Shown piece after piece: positions 50,718-63,272 of a DNA stretch of 64,000 nucleotides. The stretch comes from Nemertoderma westbladi. Lineage: Eukaryota; Animalia; Xenacoelomorpha. Both the position numbers and the translations under genes were made by a program. The notes under the pieces are model-generated. The model made no database searches. It worked only from the letters and a program-made list of their open reading frames with translations, and was not told the DNA's origin. Where the stretch lies: contig JAUCBJ010008130.1 in NCBI GenBank assembly GCA_032718475.1, positions 1 through 64,000 of the forward strand, read 5' to 3'. Every line of letters begins with the position of its first letter. The first letter of the stretch is position 1.

Positions 50718-53700
50718 TATGTCTTTCAAAGTAATTGCAGCATAGGGCCAAAAGTTTCTCTGCATCAGACTTCATGTTTGCTGCAAGAATGATATCATCA
50801 CCATAGCTCACTCCACTGAAAGATTCTGCCTTTATGTGCACACCAAGACCACTGTTATCAATCTCCTTAAAAAAACTAGACATATAGAAATTAAAAAGAA
50901 TTGGGGATAACATCCCGCCTTGTCTTACACCTCTCTCTAAGGGGAATGCTTGACATATCCGTGTTCTAGATGCCAAGAAAGCTGAAGCTGAGCAGTAATG
51001 GTTTCTTAGTGTTTCCAATAGGTTGTGTTCAGTGTTAGCATCCTCTAATTTCCTAATTAACATTGTGTAGTCAATGGTATCAAAAGCTGATGACAAGTCT
51101 AATGATACTATATACATTGATGAACCCTTTTTTGTGAATTCATTTACTAAGTTGTTGACCAGTGCATACGTCATTTCTGTATTGGTTTTTTGTTTATAAC
51201 CCGTCTGCAAGTCATGAGAGTCCAATGGCAATTCAGGGAGTATAAGCATTTCCCAAAGTTGGCGATAACAGCTACAATTGCAATTCCATGATAGCTCTTA
51301 GTTGAAAATTTATCCAGATTCCTGCCCTTATATAATGGCATTAACAGAGACATGCTCAACTTCTTTGGACATTAACAGGAGGCTCTCATAGAATTGAATA
51401 TGTATGCTAAGGCGCTGCAGAGCCCATCAGAGATTCCAAAAAATAAATGTTCTGACTTTAACCAGAAGCAATCAGCAGCTTTTTTCCTGTTTAAATTGCG
51501 GATACCACTTACAATGCATTCTGTGGACAGGATTGATGTGTCGTTTAATGTCTTCGCTTCATGAGACGCTATATTTTCCAACGACTTACCATTTAAGGTG
51601 CTATCCTTGTATGTATCCTCGCAGTGCTGCTTCAGCTTCCTGAACATTTCATCTGTCATTTCCTCCTGGGGAGCACGGTTCTTGGTAAGCTTCCAGAACT
51701 TTACATCATCATCTCTGCAGGACTCTACCAACTCATAATATGATCAGAATACTCAAATTCTACTGAGCTTCATAGCAACTTGATTGTATCTCCTTGTGGC
51801 AGCCCAATAACCTATGTAGGAGACATTAGACGGATCCTTTATACTGCCTTGATTGATCCAGATCTCCTTTGCCCTGTCAACGATACATTTTAGTTTACCA
51901 AGACTGGCATTGTCAGCATGAGATTTCCATCTAGAGTTTACAGATCTTGGTTTCCTATTATCAATAAAGCTGGTTGGAATGTAAACATCGGATGTTTTCC
52001 TCAGGACAGCAATGACTTTATCCAATACAATCTCTGCATCGAGTGGATTTGTAGAATAATTTTTATAGGGCTTGATAAAGGATGATAGCTTATCTGATAC
52101 AACCTTGCGATACTGTTCAAGCTGTTTAGTGGTTGCTTTACTGAAGTATACAATTTTTCTCTTATATGTGCATGTGCAATGAGATGATGCGGTCCAATTA
52201 TCATTCTGTCGTTTGGCTGAAAGACTCAGTGTTGTTCTAACTGGAGTGTAGTCTGAGAGATTACTTGGATCCAATCCAAAGACCATGCTAGATGTTATAT
52301 TTGGAGCAATATCTGGTGATAAAAGAATGTGGTCAATGTAAGAAGATCTTTGCACAACACCATTTGATCTAAAGAAAAAAGTTGAATGTAGTTCATTTGG
52401 AGCAAACCAAACCACCAAACCATGGGGTTATGCTACATTTTGAACAAAGATGTCATCAAAACGGGAGGTTGCAGTGTTGACGTTTCCACTGTCACTACTC
52501 AGACGACCAAGGCTACCATTGATGTCTCCTAAAACAACTACTGGGATGTTTTGAGTTCTATCATCGATCAATGTTGCCAGTCTCACACACTGTTGAATGT
52601 AAGAATCCTTATCAGATGGAAGGTTGCAGTCAGCTGGCATGTAGACAGCCATAAGCGCGATATCCATAATAGTTGGGTGATTCTTTAGTTATACAGCAAT
52701 GATGAGGTCATTAGTTAGTTGTGACTGGGGTGGAATACTGCATCAAATCATCCTGCATTAACAACATGATGCCACCCTGAGGCCGGCCATTATAAAAAGG
52801 GTCTTTCATGGCATCAGCAATTGTTGTGAGAATTTTATAACCACTAAAGGGTTTGTCCTGATTCAAATAAACCCCTGTATCAAGAGGACCTAGCCAGGTC
52901 TCTTGAAGAGCAAGTATGTCGGGCTTATGTCTATCAATTAAGGTCTCGATGTACAGTCTGTTATGCACAAAACCCTTGCAATTTAATGTAAAAATGACTA
53001 TGTCTTCAACCTTTTTGCACTTTGCTGTTCCATCTTTGGAAAAGCTTGATTGTGTTTTGGGAGTCCTATTAATAGTGTTTGCCTGATAGTGTTTGCTTTA
53101 TGGAGTGTTTGTTGCAGGAACAGTGACTTTCTAAAAACGGTTTGTATTGTAGCATGGAGTTTCTAGAAGTACTCGCGTGGTACAGGTGAAACTTCTTTGA
53201 GGGGTGACTTGAATCCATTATTGTTATAGTTCTTTTGTAATGAATCTTTTAGTAGATGCTGATTGAAATGTATCTGGCTATTGCATGATGTAATTGCTTG
53301 AGTGCCCCTCGATTGATGCCACTGTTGATCAGGACTTAGATACTGGCCTGTGTTGTTCTTGAATTAATGATGCCCTTGAATTGTTCTTGTTGGATAAGGT
53401 TTTGATTATTGGTTAGATTGGTCGTATTATTGATGTTGTGTTGGATGTTGTCCAGTGATTGGTGATGATGGCCTTGTTGTCATTGAGAAGACTGAGAGTA
53501 ATGTTGAAAGTTGTTCAAAGGCATTCCCCTATGCACTTGATGGCTGACATAATTGTTAATGGTAGATGGGCCATGCCAGTTGTTTTTTCTTTCCCTGTCA
53601 GGGTCATGTGCAAACCCATGTCTCGTTTCATGAAGAACCTGTGGTGGAAATGATTTAGTGGAAAGTTTATAGTCCTTTTGATTCGTGTGCCTATTCGAGG

Positions 53701-53748
53701 AATATCCAGTAAGCAACCGAGGGTGGACTCTCTATAGCCGAGGGGCAC
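50718..53748 (-). mobile_element. 5' part of the decayed APE-RT LINE (end of ORF1, APE, RT)
   Basis: LNCKG, ALQETWL, VYMP, LGDIN, YIDHI, LDLSSAFD, GVRQGGMLSPILFN, YGDD; many stops and frameshifts. Confidence 0.85.
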
Positions 53749-54270
53749 TTGTATAATAACTAATAATCACAAACCCCGTCCTCTTATAATATATAACTCT
53801 GTAGTAGTCAGTAGTAGTAGTAGTAATAGTAGTAGTAGTAGTAGTAGTAGAAGTAGTAAGTAATAGTAAAGGAGATCGGTTTAAACCAAAGTGATAAAGT
53901 AACATTATTATATAACATAATCATATAGACAAAGTAGAATAAGATACAGATTCATAATTATTTTATCAAACTCATGTACTACTTACTTCAATGTGCCAAT
54001 TGTAATAATAATTAAACATATTATTCAGATTAATCTGCGTTTGGCCCTATAAGATATTATACTGACGTATTTTATATTATTATATCCATCCGAGTAAACA
54101 AGAAGTGAAGTAAATGTTTATTATTATAGTTTTAGAAATTGAATGATATACCCAAGATAGTGAAATAGATAATATACCAGAAATTGCGAGTGAACCCAAA
54201 AGTGAAAACTATCTCGTTGAAAACGACAACGTGTAGCCGAATTAACGAACTTGAATAGATTTGATCTCCA

Positions 54271-57200
54271 ATGGCTAGCGCCAACCGAACGCCATCAACG
54301 AACCATCCATCAGTGGAAACGAGCTCAGACCTCATTGACATAAGGGATGAGCCCAGACGAGTATCAGTCGTGGATGGCAGGATCGAGTCGGGCCGAGAAC
54401 TCGCCCGAACCCCGAGAACGAACCCAACACAAGCGGAGGGCGCCTGGCAACCAACAACGAGCCCAGGCGGTGTGGCACGCTCAATTCCTGGGGCTGCTAG
54501 AGCAAGCATCGGCGCTCGCTTACGCACTAGCAGCTTGGTGGGAACTGGGCAGGGGCCACCCACTCAACCAGAACGAGCTGTCCTCCCAACTCACGAACCT
54601 GAACCGGCCAATATTCGACACGAACCTGAAAGAACCTCGACACAGACAACACGACCCAAAGACCCCCAGATCCAACGATCATCACGATCACAACGAAGTG
54701 CTGTTCTGATTGACCCCCAACAACCAGAGATCCTTAAACGACGATCTCAACGAGCAGAACTGACTCTGTTTGGAACTGTTGAGAACCCAACTGGTGAACT
54801 GCCGGTGGAACCGGAGCTAAGTATACTTTTAAATAAAATAACGGTCTACATAGATCATTTACGTGCGTGCGGAGAGGAACAAAGGGCTGTTGAGATTGAA
54901 GACCGGGTCAAAGCCCAGTGTCAATCTCGAGAGACCCGTTCCAATCCAAACGTTAGGAGGGAACCCAGAGGAACCCAGAGTGAAGATCTGAGGGAGGGAG
55001 ACCCGACCCCAAGCATTATCACCGAGGTGCCACGCGTTGATCCAGAGGATTCTGTGTCCCAGGTGACACCAGACTCCATCTGGGAGAACGTCCCTAGGCA
55101 GAATGATCGTGCTTCAGGGGTCGGATCTATACACTCATCCACGATCAATCGAATGAGAACGAATGCAGGGATTGAACAAGCAAGAATGGAGCTAGCGGAT
55201 GGCATGAGAGAACAAGAGCGTGAGTTAGAGAGAGAAAATAAAAGGAGAGTAAGTGAACGTGAACTGGAAAGAATAGAAAAAGAGGAACGTGAGGAACGTG
55301 AGAAAAGGGAATGTGACAAAAGGGAACGAGAGAGAAGGGAACGAGTACAAAAGATAGCAGATGAGATGGAACGGGATAAAAGGGAAGGTGAGATTGAAAG
55401 GGAACGGGCAAGGGCCAAGAGGGAAATGGTTCGGCTAAATGCAGAACAGTGCATATTACGTATGGAAGAGGAGGCATCTCAACTTGGAATTTCCCAGAGG
55501 GGAAATAAAACCAAGTGTGATTCAATGAATATACTAACTACTGTAGAACCCAATAACCTAACTACTGTAGAACCCAATAACCGAGAAATTGAAAGTAACC
55601 TTCTAGCCATAGAAACACCCCGTTATCCATCACCCGTACGTAGAATATCAGCGCGTACAGTAAAGAAACCTGTTATTACATCAAAACCCGAATATTGTAT
55701 TAGTAGCAGAACACCAGCAATGACAGGGGGCTTTAATAGCACGTTAGGCAACTCTGCTTCAAAGGGCCCCAGAGGGGCTAAGAACCAAACATATAATTTG
55801 GAAAGCCCAACAAATACTGTAAATGCTGCAGTTACCAGCTGTATACATAGAACAGGGCACCATATCGAAACCCCTGTGTCAATCATCCAGTACACTGGTG
55901 ACGAAATGTCAGAACAAGCAGGCATGAATCATAACATTCAGACTGAGGTACCGGTATCGGATTGCAGCAGTAGGCCTAATAGACGGCTGCATTCGACCGG
56001 TCTACCGGTAACACATTCTGCGCCAGTTTGCGGTACACCAGATTACAGCTGCAGTGATCAGCTACATGCGACTGGTCCGCCGCTATCCAATTCTATAGGC
56101 CTACCTGTACGCAGTACTCCAGACTGCACAGCATGCAGTAGGCAGAATCCCGATTATTATTATTTACCGGTATCTAGCCAGAACCATAGGCCTAATGCTA
56201 ATAGTAATACTCAAATACCGGTATCTGAAAGTTTAGATAGGCATAATCTTAATGTACCGGTATCTTATGATTATAGGCCAAGTTATGTAGGCTTACCTAA
56301 CAGCCTGATGCATACCGGTACTGTTAATCATACATGTAGCCCTGCTGATGTAGGTCAAAATCAACATCAGTCTATAGACCACCCTATACCATCCGAATTT
56401 AATCAAAATATCGGTATCCAATATGAACCAAGGTATGGTTATGGGACACCATTGAGCAGTACCGGTAACCCAAGCCATTTAAACCCCAGAGCCGAGGAAT
56501 TTCTACCCGTCCCCATAGGCGAAGTAGGAATGCCAGATGGCCAATATAAATACAAAACCCGTAGCGAAGTGAGTGAAACCCCACAGCAACGGGCAGTAAC
56601 CTTTTCAAATCAAATAAATAATGGACCCGGATTATCAAAAATACCGAGTCTAGCGTACCCATCTATAGGAGCGCAAAGACAACAGAATAAAAATAATACC
56701 GCTGGCTACAATTACACAGGAGAAGCAGCCCCACGTGGACCCCCTTATGTACAAGCAGGAAGGGTCCCTCAATGTTATCAGAGCGGAGGAGAGAGTGAGT
56801 TAAGTCATATGGCGGCAATAACAGACGCCATAAAAGCCAAGCTAGAACTGCCACAGGCTAAACCGTTTACCTTCAGTGGAGAATACCCGGAAGAATATAT
56901 TCAGTTTCGACAGCTATATACCACTGAAATTCTACTGAAACATAACCTGTCAGAAGCACAGAAGATGACCTACCTGATGGTTTACACAACTGGCAAAGCA
57001 AAGGAAGTTGTTAGACAATATGCAGGCCTAACAGATGGTTTGCGACTAGCATGGGAAGCCATTGAAAAGCGATATGGAAATCCTTCACGTATAATGCAGG
57101 CAACAATCAACAAATTGGTCACTAACAAACAAATCACCACGACTGCCGAGTTTAGGGACTTTACAGAAAGGGTAAACAAAGCCCTGGTTGCCTTGAAGGA

Positions 57201-60200
57201 ACTCGATATGCCGCATGAGTTGAATGGCATCCATAACATGCGAAAAATAATTGAACTAATTCCCTATTGGGCGAGGAACGCATGGAGAAAGGAAGCAGCA
57301 CGGACTCGCAGCCAACTGAACCGCGAACCAACCATGAACCAACTGGCGAAATTCCTTTCAGATCAAACCGAGATACAAGATGACCCTGTATTCGCAGAGG
57401 GACTACTATCAGCTGGTATCGCTGAGCGCCGGGACCGATCACATTCACGGGATGACTCAACCCGACAATCGAGAGCAGATTACCCGCGAAAAACAAATAT
57501 GCTGGTACCAAAGAAATCATTTGAATCTAACAAAGGGATGATAAAACCTGAACGAGAGCAAGTCTACACAACAACGTCGACTAGTCCGATGAAGAGCCTA
57601 CAATCGGACAAACAAGTCCGTTTCTCCAGCTACTCCCCAAAGCCACATACCCCAGATAGAGATTCCCAGGAGTTGGTATACACCCTTGCAACCTGTGATC
57701 CAAGCGCAAAGTGCTATCTACATCCAAATGCAAGGGACCATCAATTCGTGCAGTGTACCCAATGGATAAATGCCGCTGCGGATGAAAAATGGGACTATTT
57801 AAAGAAGAATGGACTGTGTAGGAGATGCTATGGGCGTGGCCACATTGGACGCGACTGTCCGCGCAACTCCAACACCAGGCCTGAACCCAGAACATATGAA
57901 CGATCCAGATCATACTCACCCGGAGGAGCGAGCGGGCTGACACCCCTCACAAAGGAAACTAAAAATCTAAAACCCCATAGTAACCGAGGAGATACTGATA
58001 CTACTACTGTTAACCAAAATAAAAATGAGAATCTAACATCTAAGACAGGGGGGGATCAGACCCAACATCCTAACCCTGCCTGGATGGCGAGATACAAGGA
58101 TCCCCAGGGATCTGAAGTGAGTGGAACCACTGTTAATAAGACCCAGGCAGTGACCCACATGGCGACATGTATGTCCCTGTCAGGGATTAAAGTGTACCTC
58201 AAAATTGTACCAGTAAAAGTAATGTATAAAAATGAAAAACAAGTAACAACATATGCCTTCCTAGATGATGGTGCGACTATAAGTCTAATAAGTCGTACCC
58301 TTGCTGATACTCTGGGAATGGAGGGAACCAGAACTAAGTTAGGCCTGGCCATGGTGGGCCACCAGACAACATCAATGGGGGCCATGAGTACCAAGTGCTC
58401 CATAGGTGCTCTGGAAGGCCGAGGGACACTCATCATTCATGATGCTGAGGTAGAAGTAATACCAGACGTTGGAGTTAACTGTACCCAACCAGATGAGGTA
58501 GAAATTGAGAGATACCAACACTTAAAGGGAATTAACTTAACAAACTTGCACATTGACATACCCTATGTGACTGTACTGCTTGGGATGAACAATCCTGAGG
58601 CACATGAAGAACTGGAAGTTAGGAAAGGTAGCAACCCCGGGAAGACACCATGGGGAAAGCTAACACCATTTGGGTGGTGTGTGACTGGACCACTGGAAAC
58701 AACAGACTATATACACAACAAAACGAAGCGAGGTCTGGTGAATCATGTGGAAATAACTAAAGACTTAGAGACATTACTGAATAGGGACTGTGAGGGCCTT
58801 CATGACAACACATTGGGAGACTCTCCAGAGGACCGTAGGGCCTTACAGACTCTTAAGGACTCAATACAACTGATAGATGGACACTACGAGGTAGACATGT
58901 TGTGGAAGGACCCCAATGAACGGCTTGAAAACAACTACATAATGGCGAGAAATCGTCTGAGAAAGTTAAAAGAAAAACTGAGGAAACTACCAGCAGCAGA
59001 AGAAGCCATAAACAAGGCAATATGTAAGTATATAGAAAGGGGCTGGGCAATAGAACTTCCAGAGGACATACAGGAAACTGACCGGACGTATTACTTACCG
59101 ATACACACAGTGTGGGAACCAAGAAAGAACAAATACCGAGTAGTACATGATGCTGCAGCGAAGTACCATGGAAAATCGCTAAATGATTACCTTGTTCGTG
59201 GACCCAATATATACAACACAGGACTAGACGTTCTTCTAAGATTCAGGAAGGGAATATTTGCTTTCACATGCGATGTGGAAGCAATGTTCCACCAGGTACG
59301 AGTGAACCCAAAAGACAGCAACAGCTTACGGTTCCTTTGGTATGAAGGGGAGCTAGGCTCAAAGGAACCCAAAATCTACAAAATGATTGTCCATATTTTT
59401 GGTGCTAATTCATCTCCATGTGCGACAACATACGCTTTGAGAGAGACTACAAATGGCGAGAATCCTGCAATCCAGAATCCATCAGCAGATACAGTGGAAA
59501 TGATTCGAGAACATTTTTATGTTGATGACGGACATGAGACAGGAAACTCAGAGGAGGAGTTGGTCAGGATTGCCAAGGAGGCTAAACTTTGTTTAGCGGG
59601 GGGAGGATTCAACCTGACCAAGTTTTTATCAAATTCCGAATATATTACCAACTGCATGACAGACGGGACCCAACAGGAGCCACTGAACAAACTGACCACA
59701 GAACCAGAATACAAACCAATGATAGAAGCTGATGGAGACAGTGACGAAGTTCGAGCTTTAGGGATAGTCTGGAACCGAAGAACAGATGCATTTGAGTACC
59801 ATATGGCGAAAATGAAAAGAGGGAAACATACTAAAAGGGAATATCTATCCTTTGTTGCCCGGATCTATGACCCAATGGGTCTACTCTCAAGGATCACAGT
59901 TGTTGGTCGACAAATACTTAGGGAAGCCCATCTACTGAAAGTAGGTTGGAATGATGAACTTCCCGAAGGAATAAGGAAGAAATGGGACAAATGGATGGAT
60001 AGTTTACAACTACTAGATAAGATCACGATAGATCGGGCCTACTTTCCCGACGGAAACATGGAAAACTTAGAGATACATATCTTCAGTGACGCCTCAGACA
60101 AAGGCTATGGAGCAGTAGCCTATGTGGTTCAAAGACAGAATAATAGAAGGAGGGCACGGGTTGCATATAGTAAGGCGAGACCGGCCCCATTAAAAATCGT

Positions 60201-62112
60201 CACAATTCCTAGGATAGAACTCATGGCAGCTTTATTAGGAGTGAGAATAGGAAGACAGTTAGGAAAAGCGATTGGAAATATACAAACCTGGTATTTTTGG
60301 ACTGACTCTACCACTGTTATTCATTATATCAGGACTGACGCACGAAGATTCAAAGTCTTTGTTGCTAATCGAGTTGCAGAAATCCAAGAACTAACAGACA
60401 TCAACAACTGGAACTATTGTCCAACGTCGATAAATCCCGCAGACCAAATATCGAGAGGAATAATTGGAACACAGAAGAAGGAAGACGAAGATCTGTGGCA
60501 ATATGGCCCGGAGTACCTCAAGGATGAAGGAAGATGGCCTGAATTTCCAGGAGGTCCACAGGCTCTACTGGAAGGAGTCAAAGGGGATGACCCGGAATTA
60601 CGAAGGGAAGTAGTTATGTCAACCACTATAAGAGACAAACCAACAATGACAGAGCGAATACTCCACCATGATCGCTCATGGTATGACACTAAACGGCGTG
60701 TAGCGCGATGGAGGATGTGGATGGCTTGGATACGAACACGGAAAAGTGGAGGGCCCCGACCAGAACTACATGTGGAAAATGCAGGGATGGCTATCATAAA
60801 GTACATTCAACAGGAGGGCTTCCCAGATGAAGTGGAGAAACTAGTGGTTGGAAAACCTATCCCGAAAGACAGCAACCTGAGACCATTGAGCCCCATTATG
60901 AAGGACGGAGTAATCTGTATGGGCTCCCGGCTGGGGAATGCCCCAGGAGGGATTGTCCCTGAGTGCCCCATATTGATCCCGAAAGACTCAGTTATCGTGG
61001 ATAAGATTATACACGATTCCCATGAAGCCTCACAACATGGAGGTGTGGAAGCAACACTCACGAGGATACGGAGGAAATTCTGGATTCCAGCAGTCAGGAG
61101 AAGAGTGAAGGGCTGGGTGGAGAAGTGTGTTACCTGTCGCACCATTCGTCGACAGAGGGTGGAGCAGGTGATGGCACCTTTACCTGCGGAGCGGATAACA
61201 CCCTATGAGCCACCATTCACAAATTGTGGTGTTGACCTCTTTGGTCCTATTAATGTCAAAGTGGGCCGACGATACGAGAAACGATGGGGTTCCATATTCG
61301 TGTGTTACGCCTCAAGGGCTGTTGCCCTGGAATTAGTTAAAGATGCGAGCGCGAACTCATTTATTAATGCACTCAGAAGATTCATTACAAGGTGTGGAGC
61401 AGTGCGAAGGATTAGCTCTGATAATGGGTCGAATTTCATTGGAGCTAATCGAGAACTTCAAGATCTATACCGGATTGCGCAAGCACCTGCTATTGAAGAA
61501 CATGCGAGGAAACAAGGTGTCAAGTGGAAATTCCATACCCCTTATGCCCCCCATTCTTCAGGAGTCTGGGAAAGACTTGTAGGAAGTGCTGAGCGGCTCT
61601 TAGAGGCAAGCACCCGAAATCGATGCCTTGATGAGGACGCATTCCGCACAGTGTTAGCAGAAACAGAAGCAACAATGAATGCGCGTCCGCTATGTGCGTT
61701 AAATGATGACCCGAATTCTTACGAGGTTTTGACACCAAACCATCTACTATTGAGGAGACCAGTCCAGGTTTTGAGTAAAGACCTGTTCGACGAGAATGAC
61801 CTATATTCCAGAAAGACATGGAAAGTAATACAAGTAGTATCAAAGATATTCTGGCGCCAATGGGTAACTGAATATTTACCAACCCTTCACAAGCGACACA
61901 AGTGGCGGGTGGAAAGGAGAGATCTGAAACCGGGAGATCTAGTCATAGTGACAGATGACACCCTAGCGAAACACGATTGGGTGATGGCTAGAGTAGTAAA
62001 TTGCCTGCAGGGACCCGATGGGCACACTAGAACGGTCGAATTGAAGACAAGTGGGAAGAAACTTGTAAGACGTCCGATAAGCAAATGTTGCTTATTGGAG
62101 CAAACTGTCTAA
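54271..62112 (+). CDS. Second BEL/Pao element: intact 2613-aa gag-pol polyprotein
   Basis: CRRCYGRGHIGRDC, FLDDGA, RVVHDAA, FYVDD, FSDAS, TIPRIEL, integrase HHCC and GVDLFG/SDNGSNF/WERL, C-terminal RRPISKCCLL. No internal stops. Confidence 0.95.
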   Translation: MASANRTPSTNHPSVETSSDLIDIRDEPRRVSVVDGRIESGRELARTPRTNPTQAEGAWQPTTSPGGVARSIPGAARASIGARLRTSSLVGTGQGPPTQPERAVLPTHEPEPANIRHEPERTSTQTTRPKDPQIQRSSRSQRSAVLIDPQQPEILKRRSQRAELTLFGTVENPTGELPVEPELSILLNKITVYIDHLRACGEEQRAVEIEDRVKAQCQSRETRSNPNVRREPRGTQSEDLREGDPTPSIITEVPRVDPEDSVSQVTPDSIWENVPRQNDRASGVGSIHSSTINRMRTNAGIEQARMELADGMREQERELERENKRRVSERELERIEKEEREEREKRECDKRERERRERVQKIADEMERDKREGEIERERARAKREMVRLNAEQCILRMEEEASQLGISQRGNKTKCDSMNILTTVEPNNLTTVEPNNREIESNLLAIETPRYPSPVRRISARTVKKPVITSKPEYCISSRTPAMTGGFNSTLGNSASKGPRGAKNQTYNLESPTNTVNAAVTSCIHRTGHHIETPVSIIQYTGDEMSEQAGMNHNIQTEVPVSDCSSRPNRRLHSTGLPVTHSAPVCGTPDYSCSDQLHATGPPLSNSIGLPVRSTPDCTACSRQNPDYYYLPVSSQNHRPNANSNTQIPVSESLDRHNLNVPVSYDYRPSYVGLPNSLMHTGTVNHTCSPADVGQNQHQSIDHPIPSEFNQNIGIQYEPRYGYGTPLSSTGNPSHLNPRAEEFLPVPIGEVGMPDGQYKYKTRSEVSETPQQRAVTFSNQINNGPGLSKIPSLAYPSIGAQRQQNKNNTAGYNYTGEAAPRGPPYVQAGRVPQCYQSGGESELSHMAAITDAIKAKLELPQAKPFTFSGEYPEEYIQFRQLYTTEILLKHNLSEAQKMTYLMVYTTGKAKEVVRQYAGLTDGLRLAWEAIEKRYGNPSRIMQATINKLVTNKQITTTAEFRDFTERVNKALVALKELDMPHELNGIHNMRKIIELIPYWARNAWRKEAARTRSQLNREPTMNQLAKFLSDQTEIQDDPVFAEGLLSAGIAERRDRSHSRDDSTRQSRADYPRKTNMLVPKKSFESNKGMIKPEREQVYTTTSTSPMKSLQSDKQVRFSSYSPKPHTPDRDSQELVYTLATCDPSAKCYLHPNARDHQFVQCTQWINAAADEKWDYLKKNGLCRRCYGRGHIGRDCPRNSNTRPEPRTYERSRSYSPGGASGLTPLTKETKNLKPHSNRGDTDTTTVNQNKNENLTSKTGGDQTQHPNPAWMARYKDPQGSEVSGTTVNKTQAVTHMATCMSLSGIKVYLKIVPVKVMYKNEKQVTTYAFLDDGATISLISRTLADTLGMEGTRTKLGLAMVGHQTTSMGAMSTKCSIGALEGRGTLIIHDAEVEVIPDVGVNCTQPDEVEIERYQHLKGINLTNLHIDIPYVTVLLGMNNPEAHEELEVRKGSNPGKTPWGKLTPFGWCVTGPLETTDYIHNKTKRGLVNHVEITKDLETLLNRDCEGLHDNTLGDSPEDRRALQTLKDSIQLIDGHYEVDMLWKDPNERLENNYIMARNRLRKLKEKLRKLPAAEEAINKAICKYIERGWAIELPEDIQETDRTYYLPIHTVWEPRKNKYRVVHDAAAKYHGKSLNDYLVRGPNIYNTGLDVLLRFRKGIFAFTCDVEAMFHQVRVNPKDSNSLRFLWYEGELGSKEPKIYKMIVHIFGANSSPCATTYALRETTNGENPAIQNPSADTVEMIREHFYVDDGHETGNSEEELVRIAKEAKLCLAGGGFNLTKFLSNSEYITNCMTDGTQQEPLNKLTTEPEYKPMIEADGDSDEVRALGIVWNRRTDAFEYHMAKMKRGKHTKREYLSFVARIYDPMGLLSRITVVGRQILREAHLLKVGWNDELPEGIRKKWDKWMDSLQLLDKITIDRAYFPDGNMENLEIHIFSDASDKGYGAVAYVVQRQNNRRRARVAYSKARPAPLKIVTIPRIELMAALLGVRIGRQLGKAIGNIQTWYFWTDSTTVIHYIRTDARRFKVFVANRVAEIQELTDINNWNYCPTSINPADQISRGIIGTQKKEDEDLWQYGPEYLKDEGRWPEFPGGPQALLEGVKGDDPELRREVVMSTTIRDKPTMTERILHHDRSWYDTKRRVARWRMWMAWIRTRKSGGPRPELHVENAGMAIIKYIQQEGFPDEVEKLVVGKPIPKDSNLRPLSPIMKDGVICMGSRLGNAPGGIVPECPILIPKDSVIVDKIIHDSHEASQHGGVEATLTRIRRKFWIPAVRRRVKGWVEKCVTCRTIRRQRVEQVMAPLPAERITPYEPPFTNCGVDLFGPINVKVGRRYEKRWGSIFVCYASRAVALELVKDASANSFINALRRFITRCGAVRRISSDNGSNFIGANRELQDLYRIAQAPAIEEHARKQGVKWKFHTPYAPHSSGVWERLVGSAERLLEASTRNRCLDEDAFRTVLAETEATMNARPLCALNDDPNSYEVLTPNHLLLRRPVQVLSKDLFDENDLYSRKTWKVIQVVSKIFWRQWVTEYLPTLHKRHKWRVERRDLKPGDLVIVTDDTLAKHDWVMARVVNCLQGPDGHTRTVELKTSGKKLVRRPISKCCLLEQTV

Positions 62113-63272
62113 TTTATGCCAAAGGCATGGGGGGAGGGTCCATGTATACCTCAAATCGTACCTAAATTAAGATTCAAAATATATTATCAAATTTACAAAT
62201 GAGTAGAAGAAAACTGAACTAGTACTTTAGGATAGGCAGATACCGGTATATAGGTACATTGACTGAATGGTAACCTGGGGTGAAATTTATGTTTCCGGAA
62301 CATAAAATGTATGTGTGAAATGAATGAATGGTTATATGACGCAATACTGAACACAGCCCTAATGAACAATGAACTTGCAACTTCTCAGTTGCGGAATGAA
62401 CTGAATGAATGGAACAATTGTAGTATAAAATGAACTTAAATTATGGGAAACATAGATTTCATTAGCAGCAACCATAGAACATGAAACCAGCAAATTCCAG
62501 AACGTATAATAAAACTTTATAGTGTAACTGACCATTTAGTCGATTATGGATATTATACGTTATTAATGATAGTACTTGATCTGGATATCTGGATATAGAA
62601 GAATTATCATATATAACTAGCTTATTAGAATTAATCTCAGAGGAGCCGTAATGAGGACTGTGATGTGTAAAGGATGCGGTGGCGAAGTGGTACCACGGGG
62701 AGAAACATTTAAAACTTGGCTTATGAACTGTCTTGTCTCAGGGTACGAAATGGAGGAACGCGAAAGTATCGTGACCGCGAATTCTGATAGAAGAGAAGGA
62801 TTCCCCACCGCAGGAGACCCCATGGGGGGAGTGACCATGGTAGCAGCGACTAGTGGTGACCGTGGATGGAGCGTTTATGTTCGATTGTTATTACAAAAAT
62901 AAACGAGGGACCCCATAATCATGAAAGGGAAATACATTATTTGATATGCTCTAACCATATATATATATAATTGAATGGCACTACTTTTGCAATATGTACC
63001 TAGGATGAACTAACTAGCGATTTATCTTGAAGCTTTATTGAACTACGAAATATTTCGTATATCGGTAATTTAAAAGGACTTGATTGAATTGTAATTAATT
63101 TATAGAGGGAAATAGGAAACCACTCATGGTTTGGCAAGCCATGAGCGTGTAATGTTGCCAGGGGGCCTACATCGCGGAATGACAGTTGATATATATCGTT
63201 TTCGGACTCAAACTTTTTAATATAGTCGTGATTTCCTCGAGAAACCATTTATAGTGGTTTCTGGGGGGAGTT

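Noticed and set aside
62129-62150. PPT plus TGT as the start of the second BEL's 3' LTR, pairing with tgtata at 53750
   Set aside because: Similarity does not extend beyond TGTATA; 63263-63275 fits better.
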